Below are positions 6,989-15,672 of a stretch of 25,102 nucleotides of DNA, in pieces. Position numbers and translations under genes: made by a program. The notes beneath the pieces were generated by a model. The model ran no database searches and was not told the origin of the DNA. It saw only the letters and a list, made by a program, of their open reading frames with translations. Source of the DNA: a virus. Its lineage: Duplodnaviria; Caudoviricetes. How positions within the stretch are numbered: position 1 is the stretch's first letter; every line of letters starts with the position of its first letter. The stretch covers positions 1-25,102 of the IMG/VR virus record IMGVR_UViG_3300025007_000005; one strand, 5' to 3'.

Positions 6989-8965
6989 ATGGGGGCTAGA
7001 TTGGCAGCATCGGATACATCGGCAGATGCCATGGCCCCGTGGTTTTCCGCAGCGGACCTGGCCGAGCTGGCGCTGCCCGGCTTGCCGGGCGACAAGCGAT
7101 CCATCGCGCGGCGCGCGAAGGACGAACGCTGGTTTAGCAAGGCGGATGCCAATGGCGATCTGCTGGTGCGACCGCGCCGCGGCCAAGGCGGAGGCCATGA
7201 ATTCCACGCATCGATCCTGCCCCCTGCAGCTCAGCTTGAGCTGGCGCGGCGCGGCCTGATCGAGACGGCGGGGACAAGCGAGGAACGCGACGAGGATCGT
7301 CATGGCTGGCGCTGGTTCGAACAGCAGACCGCCAAGGTGCGCAACGTGGCCAAGTTCCGCCTGGAGGTTGTGACCGAAATCGAAGTGCTGCTGGCTGCGG
7401 GGACCACGAAAACCGCCGCTATCGCCGAGATCGCGGCGGAGAGATCGATCGGCAAGGCCACGCTGTGGAACTGGCTGCGCGCGGTCGACGGGATCGATGC
7501 AGCCAACCGCCTGCCCGCACTCGCACCGCGCCGAAAGGGAGGCGGTGCAGAGGCGGAGATCGACGAAGGGCTGTGGACCATCTTCAAGAGCGACTGGCTG
7601 CGCCCATCGCAGCCGACGCTGAACAGCTGTTACGATCGCACGGCCAAGATCGCTGCGGAAAGAGGCCTTTCAATGCCTTCTGCGCGCACGTTCAGCAGGC
7701 GGTTGAAGCGCGAGTTGCCCCGTGATGTGGTGAAGCTGAAGCGCGAAGGCCCCGAAGCCCTGCGCCGCGCGCAACCGGCTCAGCGCCGATCGGTTGCGGA
7801 CATGCACGCGCTGGAATGCGTGAACATCGACGGCCACAAGTTCGATGTCTTCGTGCGATCGCCGGAGACGGGCAAGCCGATCCGCCCCATCCTGGTCGCG
7901 ATCCAGGACATCTACAGCCGCAAGGTGGTGGCATGGCGCCTTTCGCTGACCGAAAATGCCGCCGCAGTGCGCCTGGTCTTCGCAGATCTGTTTCGCGAAT
8001 TCGGCATTCCCATGGCCTGCGTGCTGGACAACGGCCGCGGCTTTGCCAGCAAGTGGATCACCGGCGGGGCGAAGAGCCGATTCCGCTTCAAAATCCGCGA
8101 CGAAGATCCCACCGGCCTGCTGACCGGGCTGGGCATCGAGATCCACTGGGCGCTGCCCTATCGCGGCCAGTCCAAGCCGATCGAACGCGCGTTTCGCGAT
8201 ATGTGCGACCGGATCGCCAAGCATCCTGCGATGGAAGGTGCCTATACCGGCAACAGCCCGATGGCGAAGCCCGACAATTACGGCAGCCGGGCGATCGAGT
8301 GGGATGCCTTCGTGGCGCACGTGGAAAACGGGATCCGGGATCACAATGCGCGGCCGAACCGCCGGGGCGGCGTGTGCAATGGGCGCAGTTTCGACCGGAC
8401 CTTTGCCGAAAGCTACGAAATCGCGCCGATCAAGAAGGCTGACGCTGCGCAGCTGCGCATGGCCTTGCTGGCCGCCGACCAGAAGATGGTGAACAGCACC
8501 ACGGGCGAGATCGCGCTGTTCGGTAATCGGTACTGGTCGACCGAGATCGGCGCGCTTGCGGGCGAGAAGGTCACCGTGCGGTTCGATCCGGACAATTTGC
8601 ACAGCGAGATCCACGTTTACGATCGGGAAGGCCGCTTTCTGGGCACTGCACCGGTGATCGCCGATACCGGGTTCTCCGATTCCGATGCCGCAAAGCGCAG
8701 TGCCAAGCGGGAGGCTAACGTCCGCAAGGCCACCAAGGCCGCGATCGAGGCGCAGCAGCTGCTGGATGCAAGCGAGGTGGCCGCCCTGCAGCCCGATGCG
8801 CCGCCGCCGAGCATTCCGCAACCATCGGTGGTGCGGATTGCGCGCCATCGAGGAACGGCGGTCGGCGCGGCCGCCGCACTGAAGCCAAATCACGAGGAAC
8901 AGGAAGAGCGCGAGGCCCGCATCTTCGGCGCAATCGAAATGTGCCTGGTGGTCGACAACGAATGA
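6989..8965 (+). CDS. muA: Mu-type DDE transposase (MuA)
   Basis: Mu HTH N-terminus (WFSAADLAEL.LPGLP). Catalytic NIDGH, LDNG and KPIERAF. C-terminal VRFDPDNL. Confidence 0.96.
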   Translation: MGARLAASDTSADAMAPWFSAADLAELALPGLPGDKRSIARRAKDERWFSKADANGDLLVRPRRGQGGGHEFHASILPPAAQLELARRGLIETAGTSEERDEDRHGWRWFEQQTAKVRNVAKFRLEVVTEIEVLLAAGTTKTAAIAEIAAERSIGKATLWNWLRAVDGIDAANRLPALAPRRKGGGAEAEIDEGLWTIFKSDWLRPSQPTLNSCYDRTAKIAAERGLSMPSARTFSRRLKRELPRDVVKLKREGPEALRRAQPAQRRSVADMHALECVNIDGHKFDVFVRSPETGKPIRPILVAIQDIYSRKVVAWRLSLTENAAAVRLVFADLFREFGIPMACVLDNGRGFASKWITGGAKSRFRFKIRDEDPTGLLTGLGIEIHWALPYRGQSKPIERAFRDMCDRIAKHPAMEGAYTGNSPMAKPDNYGSRAIEWDAFVAHVENGIRDHNARPNRRGGVCNGRSFDRTFAESYEIAPIKKADAAQLRMALLAADQKMVNSTTGEIALFGNRYWSTEIGALAGEKVTVRFDPDNLHSEIHVYDREGRFLGTAPVIADTGFSDSDAAKRSAKREANVRKATKAAIEAQQLLDASEVAALQPDAPPPSIPQPSVVRIARHRGTAVGAAAALKPNHEEQEEREARIFGAIEMCLVVDNE

Positions 8966-8971
8966 CGAGAT

Positions 8972-9012
8972 CGGCGCGCGGCGATCGATTGGAACGCGCC
9001 CGCCGCGCGCCG
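8972..9012 (+). repeat. Perfect 12-bp inverted repeat between muA and muB
   Basis: CGGCGCGCGGCG (8972-8983) and CGCCGCGCGCCG (9001-9012) with a 17-nt loop. Confidence 0.75.
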
Positions 9013-9041
9013 TGCCCAACAAAGGACGGAGAACCGCTAGC

Positions 9042-10001
9042 ATGAACGATCCAAAACTGAAGCATGTCGATGTGGAAGAGCAGCGCGAGTGGCTGAAGAA
9101 ACACAAGACCGAGACCGGCCTGAGCTGGCGCGATCTGGGGGCGCGCCTTGATATCAACGACAAGACGCTGGCCCTGTTCGCGAGCAACAAATACGGCGCA
9201 CCGGGCGACTTTATTGCCGAGGCAATCTTCCGGCATCGCCAGACGCTGGCGGCGCAGGCTGCCATGGCCCTGCGGTCGGTCGAGATCCCGCCATACTATC
9301 CCACGCGCACCAGCCTGGACCTGATCCAGTTGCTGGCCTGGGGGCAGCGCGGTCGGATCGTCATGGCGGCGATGGGGCCGGGGATGAGCAAGACCACCAC
9401 CGCCAAACATTTCAAGGCCTGTAATTCGGGCGTGTTCATGGTGACGATCAGCCCGGCGACATCGGGCATCCGCGCGATGGAACGCGCGGTGCTGCACGCG
9501 ATGGGCGACAGCAGCCCCACGGGCGACATCCAGGGCATGGCCATGCAGATCAAGGATCGCGTGGCCAAGATGCAGAAACCCCTGCTGATCGTGGACGAGG
9601 CGCAGCACCTGACCGTGCAATCGATCGAGGAGCTGCGCCACTGGCACGATGAGACAGGACTGGGGCTGGCCTTGCTGGGCAATCAGCAGGTCCAGCAAAA
9701 GTTGGACGGCGGTGCGCGCGCAGCCGCCTTTGCGCAGCTGTTCAGCCGTCTTGCGAACAAGCTGGATCGGCCCAAGCCGCTGGATGCCGATATCGAGGCG
9801 ATGCTGGATGCTTGGGACGTGAGCGATCCGCGGGTTGCCAAGGAAGTGCATCGTATCGCCGCGCTTCCCGGCGCGCTGCGCGGGGCCACTTTCGCGCTGG
9901 AATTGGCGAGCATGCTGGCGATTTCCCAGAACGAGACCCTTTCGATCAACCACATCAACGATGCGTGGGCGCAGCTTTCACGCCGGGCTGTGGGGGCCTG
10001 A
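9042..10001 (+). CDS. muB: MuB-like AAA+ ATPase (target capture)
   Basis: N-terminal HTH, Walker A-like GPGMSKT, Walker B LLIVDEAQHL, LALLGN and GALR. Follows muA. Confidence 0.93.
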   Translation: MNDPKLKHVDVEEQREWLKKHKTETGLSWRDLGARLDINDKTLALFASNKYGAPGDFIAEAIFRHRQTLAAQAAMALRSVEIPPYYPTRTSLDLIQLLAWGQRGRIVMAAMGPGMSKTTTAKHFKACNSGVFMVTISPATSGIRAMERAVLHAMGDSSPTGDIQGMAMQIKDRVAKMQKPLLIVDEAQHLTVQSIEELRHWHDETGLGLALLGNQQVQQKLDGGARAAAFAQLFSRLANKLDRPKPLDADIEAMLDAWDVSDPRVAKEVHRIAALPGALRGATFALELASMLAISQNETLSINHINDAWAQLSRRAVGA

Positions 10002-10003
10002 CC

Positions 10004-10150
10004 ATGCGTGCCAGCATCCGCCGGGCGATCGCCGATTTCATTGCGCTGGAGGGCCGCGAGGCGGCGCTGCGCGAAGCGATCGCCCTTCCCGCAATCCTTG
10101 CCGCTGCCGCGATCGCACTGGTCGCGCTGGCGGTGATGGTGGAGGCGTGA
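10004..10150 (+). CDS. Small membrane protein (48 aa)
   Basis: Fills the operon gap and has a C-terminal hydrophobic helix. Confidence 0.55.
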   Translation: MRASIRRAIADFIALEGREAALREAIALPAILAAAAIALVALAVMVEA

Positions 10151-10151
10151 T

Positions 10152-10490
10152 GTGACCGAAATCAGCATTCACGAATACTGTCTGGCATCGCAGGCCTTCG
10201 CATACATCGAGCAATCGCTGGGCCTGACCCGGTTCCAGGTCACTTCGGCCAGCAGGGAGCGCCCGCTGGTACGCAGCCGTGCACTGTTCACCTGGATCAT
10301 GCGGAACCACAGCGGCGATCCACCGGCGAGCTATCCGGTGATCGGAAAGCTGGCCGGCGGGCGCGATCATACCACCATGATCCATTCGGCCGACTGGGCA
10401 GAGACGCGGATCGAGCGCGATGCGCGCTTTGCCGAGCTGTGTGCCGGCTTCGCGGCTTTCGAGAAAGAACATGAAGGAGAAGCGGCATGA
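10152..10490 (+). CDS. Stand-alone DnaA C-terminal (domain IV) HTH protein
   Basis: S.SR.RPLVRSR......R......SYPVIGKLAGGRDHTTMIHS matches the DnaA domain IV signature. Confidence 0.85.
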   Translation: MTEISIHEYCLASQAFAYIEQSLGLTRFQVTSASRERPLVRSRALFTWIMRNHSGDPPASYPVIGKLAGGRDHTTMIHSADWAETRIERDARFAELCAGFAAFEKEHEGEAA

Positions 10491-11191
10491 ACGCGGTATC
10501 CGCCCGGCCGGCGACATTCGACCGATCGCAGCAGGCGCGGCGATCGATGCTGGGCAAGATCCACATCGCCAAGAAACAGCTGGCAATGGACGAGGACGAT
10601 TACCGCCAGGTGCTGTTCGAGGTGACGGGCCATGGCAGCGCGGCCGATTGCAGCGCTGCGCAGCTGGCGCGTGTGATCGAGCGGATGAAGACGCTCGGCT
10701 TCAAGCCGTTGCCCAAGGCGGGGAAAAAGTCGGCCGCGCACCCCATGGCGCGCAAGGCCCGCGCGCTGTGGATCAGCCTGCACCACCTGAACGCGGTGCA
10801 GAACCCGGCCGAGGAAGCACTGGAGGCATTCGCTCGGCGCCAGCTGGGTTGCACGAAACTGAGCTGGGCCAACCAGCGCGATTCCTACAAGCTGATCGAG
10901 GCGCTGAAGGCCATGGCCGTGCGCCATGGCTGGCGCCAGACCGCCGCGCATGACGGGCACAAGCTGAGCCCGAAAGAGCTGCAGATGCACCTGTGCGAGG
11001 TGATCCTGGCCAAGCTGAAGGAAGGCGGCCACGTGCCCGCCGACTGGTATCTGGACGTGGCCGCCAAGCGGCTGTGCGGGATCGATACCGCCAATACCGA
11101 AACCGGATACACGGCCGAGGATTACAGCCGCCTGGCGAAAGCTCTGGGCGACAAGCTGCGCGCGCTGGCCAACCCGGTGCCCGAAGCATGA
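10487..11191 (+). CDS. gemA: GemA / Mu gp16 (DUF1018) protein
   Basis: KIHIAKKQLAMDEDDYRQVL..VTG..S and KARALWISL...LIEALKAM. Confidence 0.92.
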   Translation: MNAVSARPATFDRSQQARRSMLGKIHIAKKQLAMDEDDYRQVLFEVTGHGSAADCSAAQLARVIERMKTLGFKPLPKAGKKSAAHPMARKARALWISLHHLNAVQNPAEEALEAFARRQLGCTKLSWANQRDSYKLIEALKAMAVRHGWRQTAAHDGHKLSPKELQMHLCEVILAKLKEGGHVPADWYLDVAAKRLCGIDTANTETGYTAEDYSRLAKALGDKLRALANPVPEA

Positions 11192-11514
11192 ATGCCGAGC
11201 TGACCGAGGCGCTGACCGTGATCGAGCGCAAGGCGATCGCCCCGCTGAAGCGGGTGATGGCCGCGCGGCCGAAGGATTTCAGCCACACGAATCATGCCGC
11301 CTGGGCCGATCGCCTGCGCGAAGTGGAGGCGCAGGCCGCGCAGGCGCTTGGCGCGATTGGCGCGGAAGTGGCCTGGGGCACGGGCCACGGAAAGATCGAA
11401 CTGCTGGGCATCACCGCGCGATCGGGCAGCGGCCTGCTGGCCGCGCTGGAGAGGTGGCGCGGCCACGCAAAGATCAAACTGGAGAAGGAGAACCGCCGTG
11501 TTCGACCGAAATGA
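11188..11514 (+). CDS. Hypothetical protein (108 aa)
   Basis: ATGA overlap and phage-like codon usage. Confidence 0.7.
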   Translation: MNAELTEALTVIERKAIAPLKRVMAARPKDFSHTNHAAWADRLREVEAQAAQALGAIGAEVAWGTGHGKIELLGITARSGSGLLAALERWRGHAKIKLEKENRRVRPK

Positions 11515-11674
11515 CCGCCCACTGAAGCGCGAATACGAGACGCTGGGATGGCTGGATCTGCCCGAGCTTGGCACCAGGAACCGATCGGCAACCCGCCGGC
11601 CCCGGCCCACTGCCCTGATTGCGATCGGCGCATTGCTGGCGGCGCTGGCCATCGCGATCGCGGCCGCAAGCTGA
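11498..11674 (+). CDS. Small protein with C-terminal TM helix (58 aa)
   Basis: GTG start with AAGGAG RBS. Confidence 0.6.
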   Translation: MFDRNDRPLKREYETLGWLDLPELGTRNRSATRRPRPTALIAIGALLAALAIAIAAAS

Positions 11675-11967
11675 TGGCTGGCCCGCACGTAACCGATCAC
11701 GCGATGCTGCGATTCCTCGAGCGCGGGGGCGGGTTCGACATCGAGGAGCTGCGCGCGCGCATGGAATCATCGCTGGCCCGTGCCCATGCCGCCGCACGCA
11801 GCCTAAGCGCATCCGATTACCTGGTCAGGATCGACGGATTGACCTTCCTGGTGCGCGGCGAAGCCGTGGTCACCGTATTCCCGGAAGGCACGCCCGGCAT
11901 GCGCGCTGCAACGATCGCCCGCGCTTGCGACGACACGGCCGACCGGAAGGGCCAAAGCCGCGCATGA
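11674..11967 (+). CDS. Hypothetical phage protein (VTDHAMLRFLER motif)
   Basis: TGATG coupling. The motif is reminiscent of small RelE/DUF4258-like folds (inference). Confidence 0.7.
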   Translation: MAGPHVTDHAMLRFLERGGGFDIEELRARMESSLARAHAAARSLSASDYLVRIDGLTFLVRGEAVVTVFPEGTPGMRAATIARACDDTADRKGQSRA

Positions 11968-12323
11968 GCGAAGAGCTTACAGCCAGCCTGAAGGCCCTGC
12001 TGGGCGAAGAGGGCCTGATCCTGCTTGCCGAGAAATTCGGCGGGCGGCGGCTGTATGTGCCTGGCGATATCAAGGCAGACCACCCAATCGCGATTGCGCT
12101 TGGCCAGGAGCGTGCCGGGAAACTGGCAGGGCTGTATTCGCCGGCGCAAATTCGCGTACCCCTTGCCCGGACGATCCGGGCAAGGCATTACCGCGCCAAC
12201 GGCGATTCCAATGGCGAGATCGCCACGAAGCTGGGCATGACCGAGACGGGCGTCGACAAGATGTTCGAACGGATGGAGAGCCCGCCCGACAAGGGCAGCG
12301 TCCAGCTTTCCTTCCAGATTTGA
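11964..12323 (+). CDS. mor: Mor/C-family late transcription activator
   Basis: LAEKFGGRRLYVP motif plus a C-terminal HTH. Sits before the lysis genes. Confidence 0.87.
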   Translation: MSEELTASLKALLGEEGLILLAEKFGGRRLYVPGDIKADHPIAIALGQERAGKLAGLYSPAQIRVPLARTIRARHYRANGDSNGEIATKLGMTETGVDKMFERMESPPDKGSVQLSFQI

Positions 12324-12329
12324 TGCCGA

Positions 12330-12350
12330 TGCCCGCGCCCGCGGGCATGC
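12330..12350 (+). promoter_or_regulatory. Late-promoter activator site 1 (Plys-like)
   Basis: Palindromic TGCCCGCGCCCGCGGGCATGC, identical to 21936-21956. Starts 55 nt before the endolysin ATG. Confidence 0.75.
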
Positions 12351-12384
12351 TATCGACGGCGCAGCAACCGTACACCCGGTTGCC

Positions 12385-13026
12385 ATGGACGCCGAGAAAT
12401 CACCCCCTGAACCGATCGTGGTCACCGCCTTCAGCGAGCGGTTTGAGCATGCCTTTGCCGACCTGCTGGGGATCGAAGGCGGTTTCGTGGACGATCCGGT
12501 GGATCGCGGCGGCGCGACCAAATACGGCATTTCGCTGCGCTTCCTGAAGGCCGAAGGCCAGATCGACGAGGATCTGGACGGCTACGCCGATTTCGACCTG
12601 GATATGGACGGCGATATCGATGGCGCCGACATTCGCAAACTGACCATTGGCGATGCGAAATCGCTGTACAAGCGCAGCTTCTGGGAAGCGCTGGATTGCG
12701 AGAGCTTCCCCGAACCGATCGGGGAAATGCTGTTCGACCAGGGCGTGAACGGCGGCAACCACGCGGCGAAGAAGCTGCTGCAGCAGGCGATCAACGCCGT
12801 GCTGCGCGCCGGGCGATATCGCACCATAGCGCTGAAGGTCGACGGGCAGATCGGCGAGCGGACCCGCCTTGTCTTCAATTCCATGTGGGAGCGGCATCCC
12901 GACCTGCTGGTGACGGACTACCGCGAAGCGGTGAAGGATCGGTACTTCGCCATCGTGCGGCGTAACCCTAGCCAGGCGAAGTTCCTGCGGGGTTGGCTCA
13001 ATCGTGCAGAGAAGCTGGGCCGATGA
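12385..13026 (+). CDS. Endolysin, glycosyl hydrolase 108 plus PG-binding domain
   Basis: EGGFVDDPVDRGGATKYGIS, FDQGVNGG, VDGQIG..T and KFLRGWLNR. Confidence 0.93.
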   Translation: MDAEKSPPEPIVVTAFSERFEHAFADLLGIEGGFVDDPVDRGGATKYGISLRFLKAEGQIDEDLDGYADFDLDMDGDIDGADIRKLTIGDAKSLYKRSFWEALDCESFPEPIGEMLFDQGVNGGNHAAKKLLQQAINAVLRAGRYRTIALKVDGQIGERTRLVFNSMWERHPDLLVTDYREAVKDRYFAIVRRNPSQAKFLRGWLNRAEKLGR

Positions 13027-13679
13027 TCGGCACGCTTCTGGGATGGGCGATGGACCTGGGCAAGCTGATTGCGCGGATCCTGCGTGCCGTGTTCGATTGG
13101 GTGACCAGCGACTGGCGCCACGCGGCCATCGCCATGCTTGGCGGCATCTGTGCCGTCTATCTGTTCTGGGTGGAGCCCGCGCTGCAGCAGCGGATCGCCA
13201 ATCGCACCGAAGAGCGGAATACCGCCCGCCAGGAGCGCGATGACGAGCGTACCGCCCACCAAAAAACCAAGACCGAATACCGAACCGCCCAGGTCGAGGC
13301 CGCGCGCCTCGAGCAGAAGCGCATCGAGCGCGTGAAGGCCGAACAACAGGAGATCACCGATGCGGTTGAAGCAGATTATCGCCGCCAGCTTGCTGGCCTG
13401 CAGCTGCGTGCTGAGCGGCTGCGCGAAGAGCTACGAGCCGGAGCCGGTGCTGCCGGTGCGGGCCGAGGTGTCGCAATGCCCGGCCTTTCCCCTGCCGCCG
13501 GCGGATCTGCTGAAGCGGCCGGCGATCGTGGACTTCCTGCCCCCTTCGGACGGAGCGCGGCCGGACAGTTAGAGCGCGACGTGATCGCCAGCGAACAGGC
13601 GATCCAGCTGAACGCGCTGATCGACTGGCTGCTGGCCCAGAACGCGATCGATCCCAACGCCCCGCCAGGGGACGAATGA
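13023..13679 (+). CDS. i-spanin (Rz-like)
   Basis: N-terminal TM helix and long coiled coil. Follows the endolysin and contains a nested lipoprotein ORF. Confidence 0.8.
   Translation: MIGTLLGWAMDLGKLIARILRAVFDWVTSDWRHAAIAMLGGICAVYLFWVEPALQQRIANRTEERNTARQERDDERTAHQKTKTEYRTAQVEAARLEQKRIERVKAEQQEITDAVEADYRRQLAGLQLRAERLREELRAGAGAAGAGRGVAMPGLSPAAGGSAEAAGDRGLPAPFGRSAAGQLERDVIASEQAIQLNALIDWLLAQNAIDPNAPPGDE
13360..13572 (+). CDS. o-spanin (Rz1-like) lipoprotein nested in the +1 frame
   Basis: Lipobox LSGC, Pro-rich mature part, AGGAG RBS upstream. Confidence 0.8.
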   Translation: MRLKQIIAASLLACSCVLSGCAKSYEPEPVLPVRAEVSQCPAFPLPPADLLKRPAIVDFLPPSDGARPDS

Positions 13680-13894
13680 TGCAGCACAGTGAGCGGGCGA
13701 TCGAGACCAGCAGCGCCTTTGCCGATGCCGAGCGCGATCGGCAGATCCAGCGCGCACAGGCCAAGCTGGCGCTGGAGGGCGAGGAATACTGTGCGGACTG
13801 CGGCGAAGAAATCCCCGCAGGACGCCGCGCAGCCCTGCCCAGCGCGACGCGGTGCCTGCCCTGCCAGGCTGCCTTCGAAAGGCCCAGGCGATGA
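13676..13894 (+). CDS. TraR/DksA C4 zinc-finger protein
   Basis: CADCGEEIPAGRRAALPSATRCLPCQ. Confidence 0.9.
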   Translation: MMQHSERAIETSSAFADAERDRQIQRAQAKLALEGEEYCADCGEEIPAGRRAALPSATRCLPCQAAFERPRR

Positions 13895-14346
13895 TCGAGG
13901 GACCGGTGGCCATCCACAAGTTCGCTGCCAGCTGGGTGCTGGCTGCCGCGGCCAGCGTACCGCTGGATAAGGCGGCACCGCAGGCCGAAACCGTGCTGCA
14001 TCTTGGCGGTGTGGACGTGCCGATCATCACCGCGGCGCTGGGCCTGCTGGGCGTGGTTTGCGCGCGGTTCCTGGCACTGCCCAAGGAACGATCGCTGGGC
14101 ACGCCGCGGTTCCTGGTGGTGAGCCTGTTGATGGTGGTGGCGGTGCAGCTGTGGATCGTGGAGGCGCGGCCGGGCTGGCTGTTCGCGTTCGTGCTTTCGA
14201 TCGGCCTGGGGTTTTCGGGATACTCGCTGATCGAGCTGCTGGGCGACCAAGTGAAGGAAACGACCAGGGCCGGTTTCGAAGCCGCGCGCGGTGCCTTCGG
14301 CAAATTGTTCAAGACATCGAAAGACGGGGACGCGGACAATGGATAG
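13891..14346 (+). CDS. Multi-pass membrane protein, putative holin
   Basis: Three to four hydrophobic segments and a charged C-terminus, in the lysis region. Confidence 0.6.
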   Translation: MIEGPVAIHKFAASWVLAAAASVPLDKAAPQAETVLHLGGVDVPIITAALGLLGVVCARFLALPKERSLGTPRFLVVSLLMVVAVQLWIVEARPGWLFAFVLSIGLGFSGYSLIELLGDQVKETTRAGFEAARGAFGKLFKTSKDGDADNG

Positions 14347-14872
14347 CGGCGAGCTGCTGGAGCTGGCGATCATCGCCATCATCCTGGCCGGGATAGGCTA
14401 TGTGATCTGGCGCGGGGGCGCTGCAAACCCGGTGGGGACCGGGCACTTGCAGCAACGCTTCAGAACCTTTTCCAGCGACCTTGCCACGATGAGTTCGGGC
14501 ATGAAGACCCTGGGCGACCAGATCAAGGCGCTGGAAAAGGGTGGAGCGTCCGCCCAGGAGGTCAGCCGGCTGCAGGGCGAGTTCGAGGCAGAGAGGGCCC
14601 GGACCGACAAGATCTATGCCACGCTGGAGCGCATCGATGGCGATGTGAAGGGAATGCGCGAGGACCAGGCCGCGCGCAACCAGGTTATCGCATCGCTATC
14701 CGACAGCGTGCGGGCGGTGGCGAACAATCTGGAGCAGCACCGCCGCGACATCACCGAAAAGCAGGGCGCGGTGGCCGAGACATGCGCGGCGACATCGAGC
14801 GACCTGAAACTGATGGGGCGGCAGCTGGACCGCCTTTACGACGTGATCGTGGAAAAGGGGCTGGCGAAATGA
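14339..14872 (+). CDS. Membrane-anchored coiled-coil protein (Mu gp25/DUF2730-like position)
   Basis: N-terminal TM helix and heptad repeats; synteny. Confidence 0.65.
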   Translation: MDSGELLELAIIAIILAGIGYVIWRGGAANPVGTGHLQQRFRTFSSDLATMSSGMKTLGDQIKALEKGGASAQEVSRLQGEFEAERARTDKIYATLERIDGDVKGMREDQAARNQVIASLSDSVRAVANNLEQHRRDITEKQGAVAETCAATSSDLKLMGRQLDRLYDVIVEKGLAK

Positions 14873-15177
14873 GTATCGCACAAGAGCTGAAAGAGCGGCT
14901 TGCCGCCGACGCACGCCTGCAGATCCTGCGCGAGCTTGCAGGGCAGAACGACGGCCGCCTTTCGATCCTGCCGCTGCAGCGCGCGCTGGATGTGTACGGC
15001 ATCAAGCGCGATCGCGACTGGATATCCACCCAGCTGCGAAAGCTGGAGACGCTCGATGCGATCGAGATCCAGTTTGCCGGCGACCTGCCCATTGCCCGGA
15101 TCGCACGTGCAGGCCGCGATCACCTGGAAGAACGCGGCGTGATCGAAGGCGTCACCCGCCCGGCCGAGGCCGAATGA
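14869..15177 (+). CDS. Mu gp26-like winged-helix protein
   Basis: DARLQILREL...L.KLE......IARI...GRDHL.....IEGV.RP; synteny. Confidence 0.78.
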   Translation: MSIAQELKERLAADARLQILRELAGQNDGRLSILPLQRALDVYGIKRDRDWISTQLRKLETLDAIEIQFAGDLPIARIARAGRDHLEERGVIEGVTRPAEAE

Positions 15178-15178
15178 C

Positions 15179-15397
15179 ATGGGCGCTTTCATCGGGACCA
15201 TCGTCTATCTGATCGGCGCAGGCCTGGTTTACCTGCTCGCGCTCGACCTGCTCAATGTGAAGCTGCACCTGCGCAAGTGGGTGGCGCTGGGGATCGCTGC
15301 GATCTGGCCCGCACTGCTGGTGCTGGCCCTAGTGTTTCTGGGCATCGACGCGATCGAACTGGGATGGCGGCGGCACAGCCGGCGGAGGGGCGCATGA
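15179..15397 (+). CDS. Small two-TM membrane protein
   Basis: Two hydrophobic helices and a basic tail. Confidence 0.7.
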   Translation: MGAFIGTIVYLIGAGLVYLLALDLLNVKLHLRKWVALGIAAIWPALLVLALVFLGIDAIELGWRRHSRRRGA

Positions 15398-15672
15398 CCA
15401 TGCCGGCGATGGACGCAATCGAAAGGCTGATTGCCGCGCTGACCTATGACCATATCGAGCATATCGACATAGAGAGCGGTGACACGATAGCCGAAGGCGA
15501 AGGCGTGCCGCTGCTCCAGCGCAGCATCGCCCAGGATCTTCGCCAGATCGAAAGCCGGCTGGGCGCCCACGCCAAGGGGCGCACGATCCTGGGTGCTACA
15601 GCCGATGCTATCGACGAAGCGCTGCTGGCTGCAGCCGAGGCGCAGGCCGAGCTGTCGGGAGGGGGCGCATGA
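15394..15672 (+). CDS. Hypothetical acidic protein (92 aa)
   Basis: ATGA overlaps at both ends and a GGAGG RBS. Confidence 0.65.
   Translation: MTMPAMDAIERLIAALTYDHIEHIDIESGDTIAEGEGVPLLQRSIAQDLRQIESRLGAHAKGRTILGATADAIDEALLAAAEAQAELSGGGA

Noticed and set aside
7670-9953. Long minus-strand ORFs (531 and 412 aa) opposite muA and muB
   Set aside because: These are antisense shadow frames of high-GC genes, with no motifs and an implausible composition.
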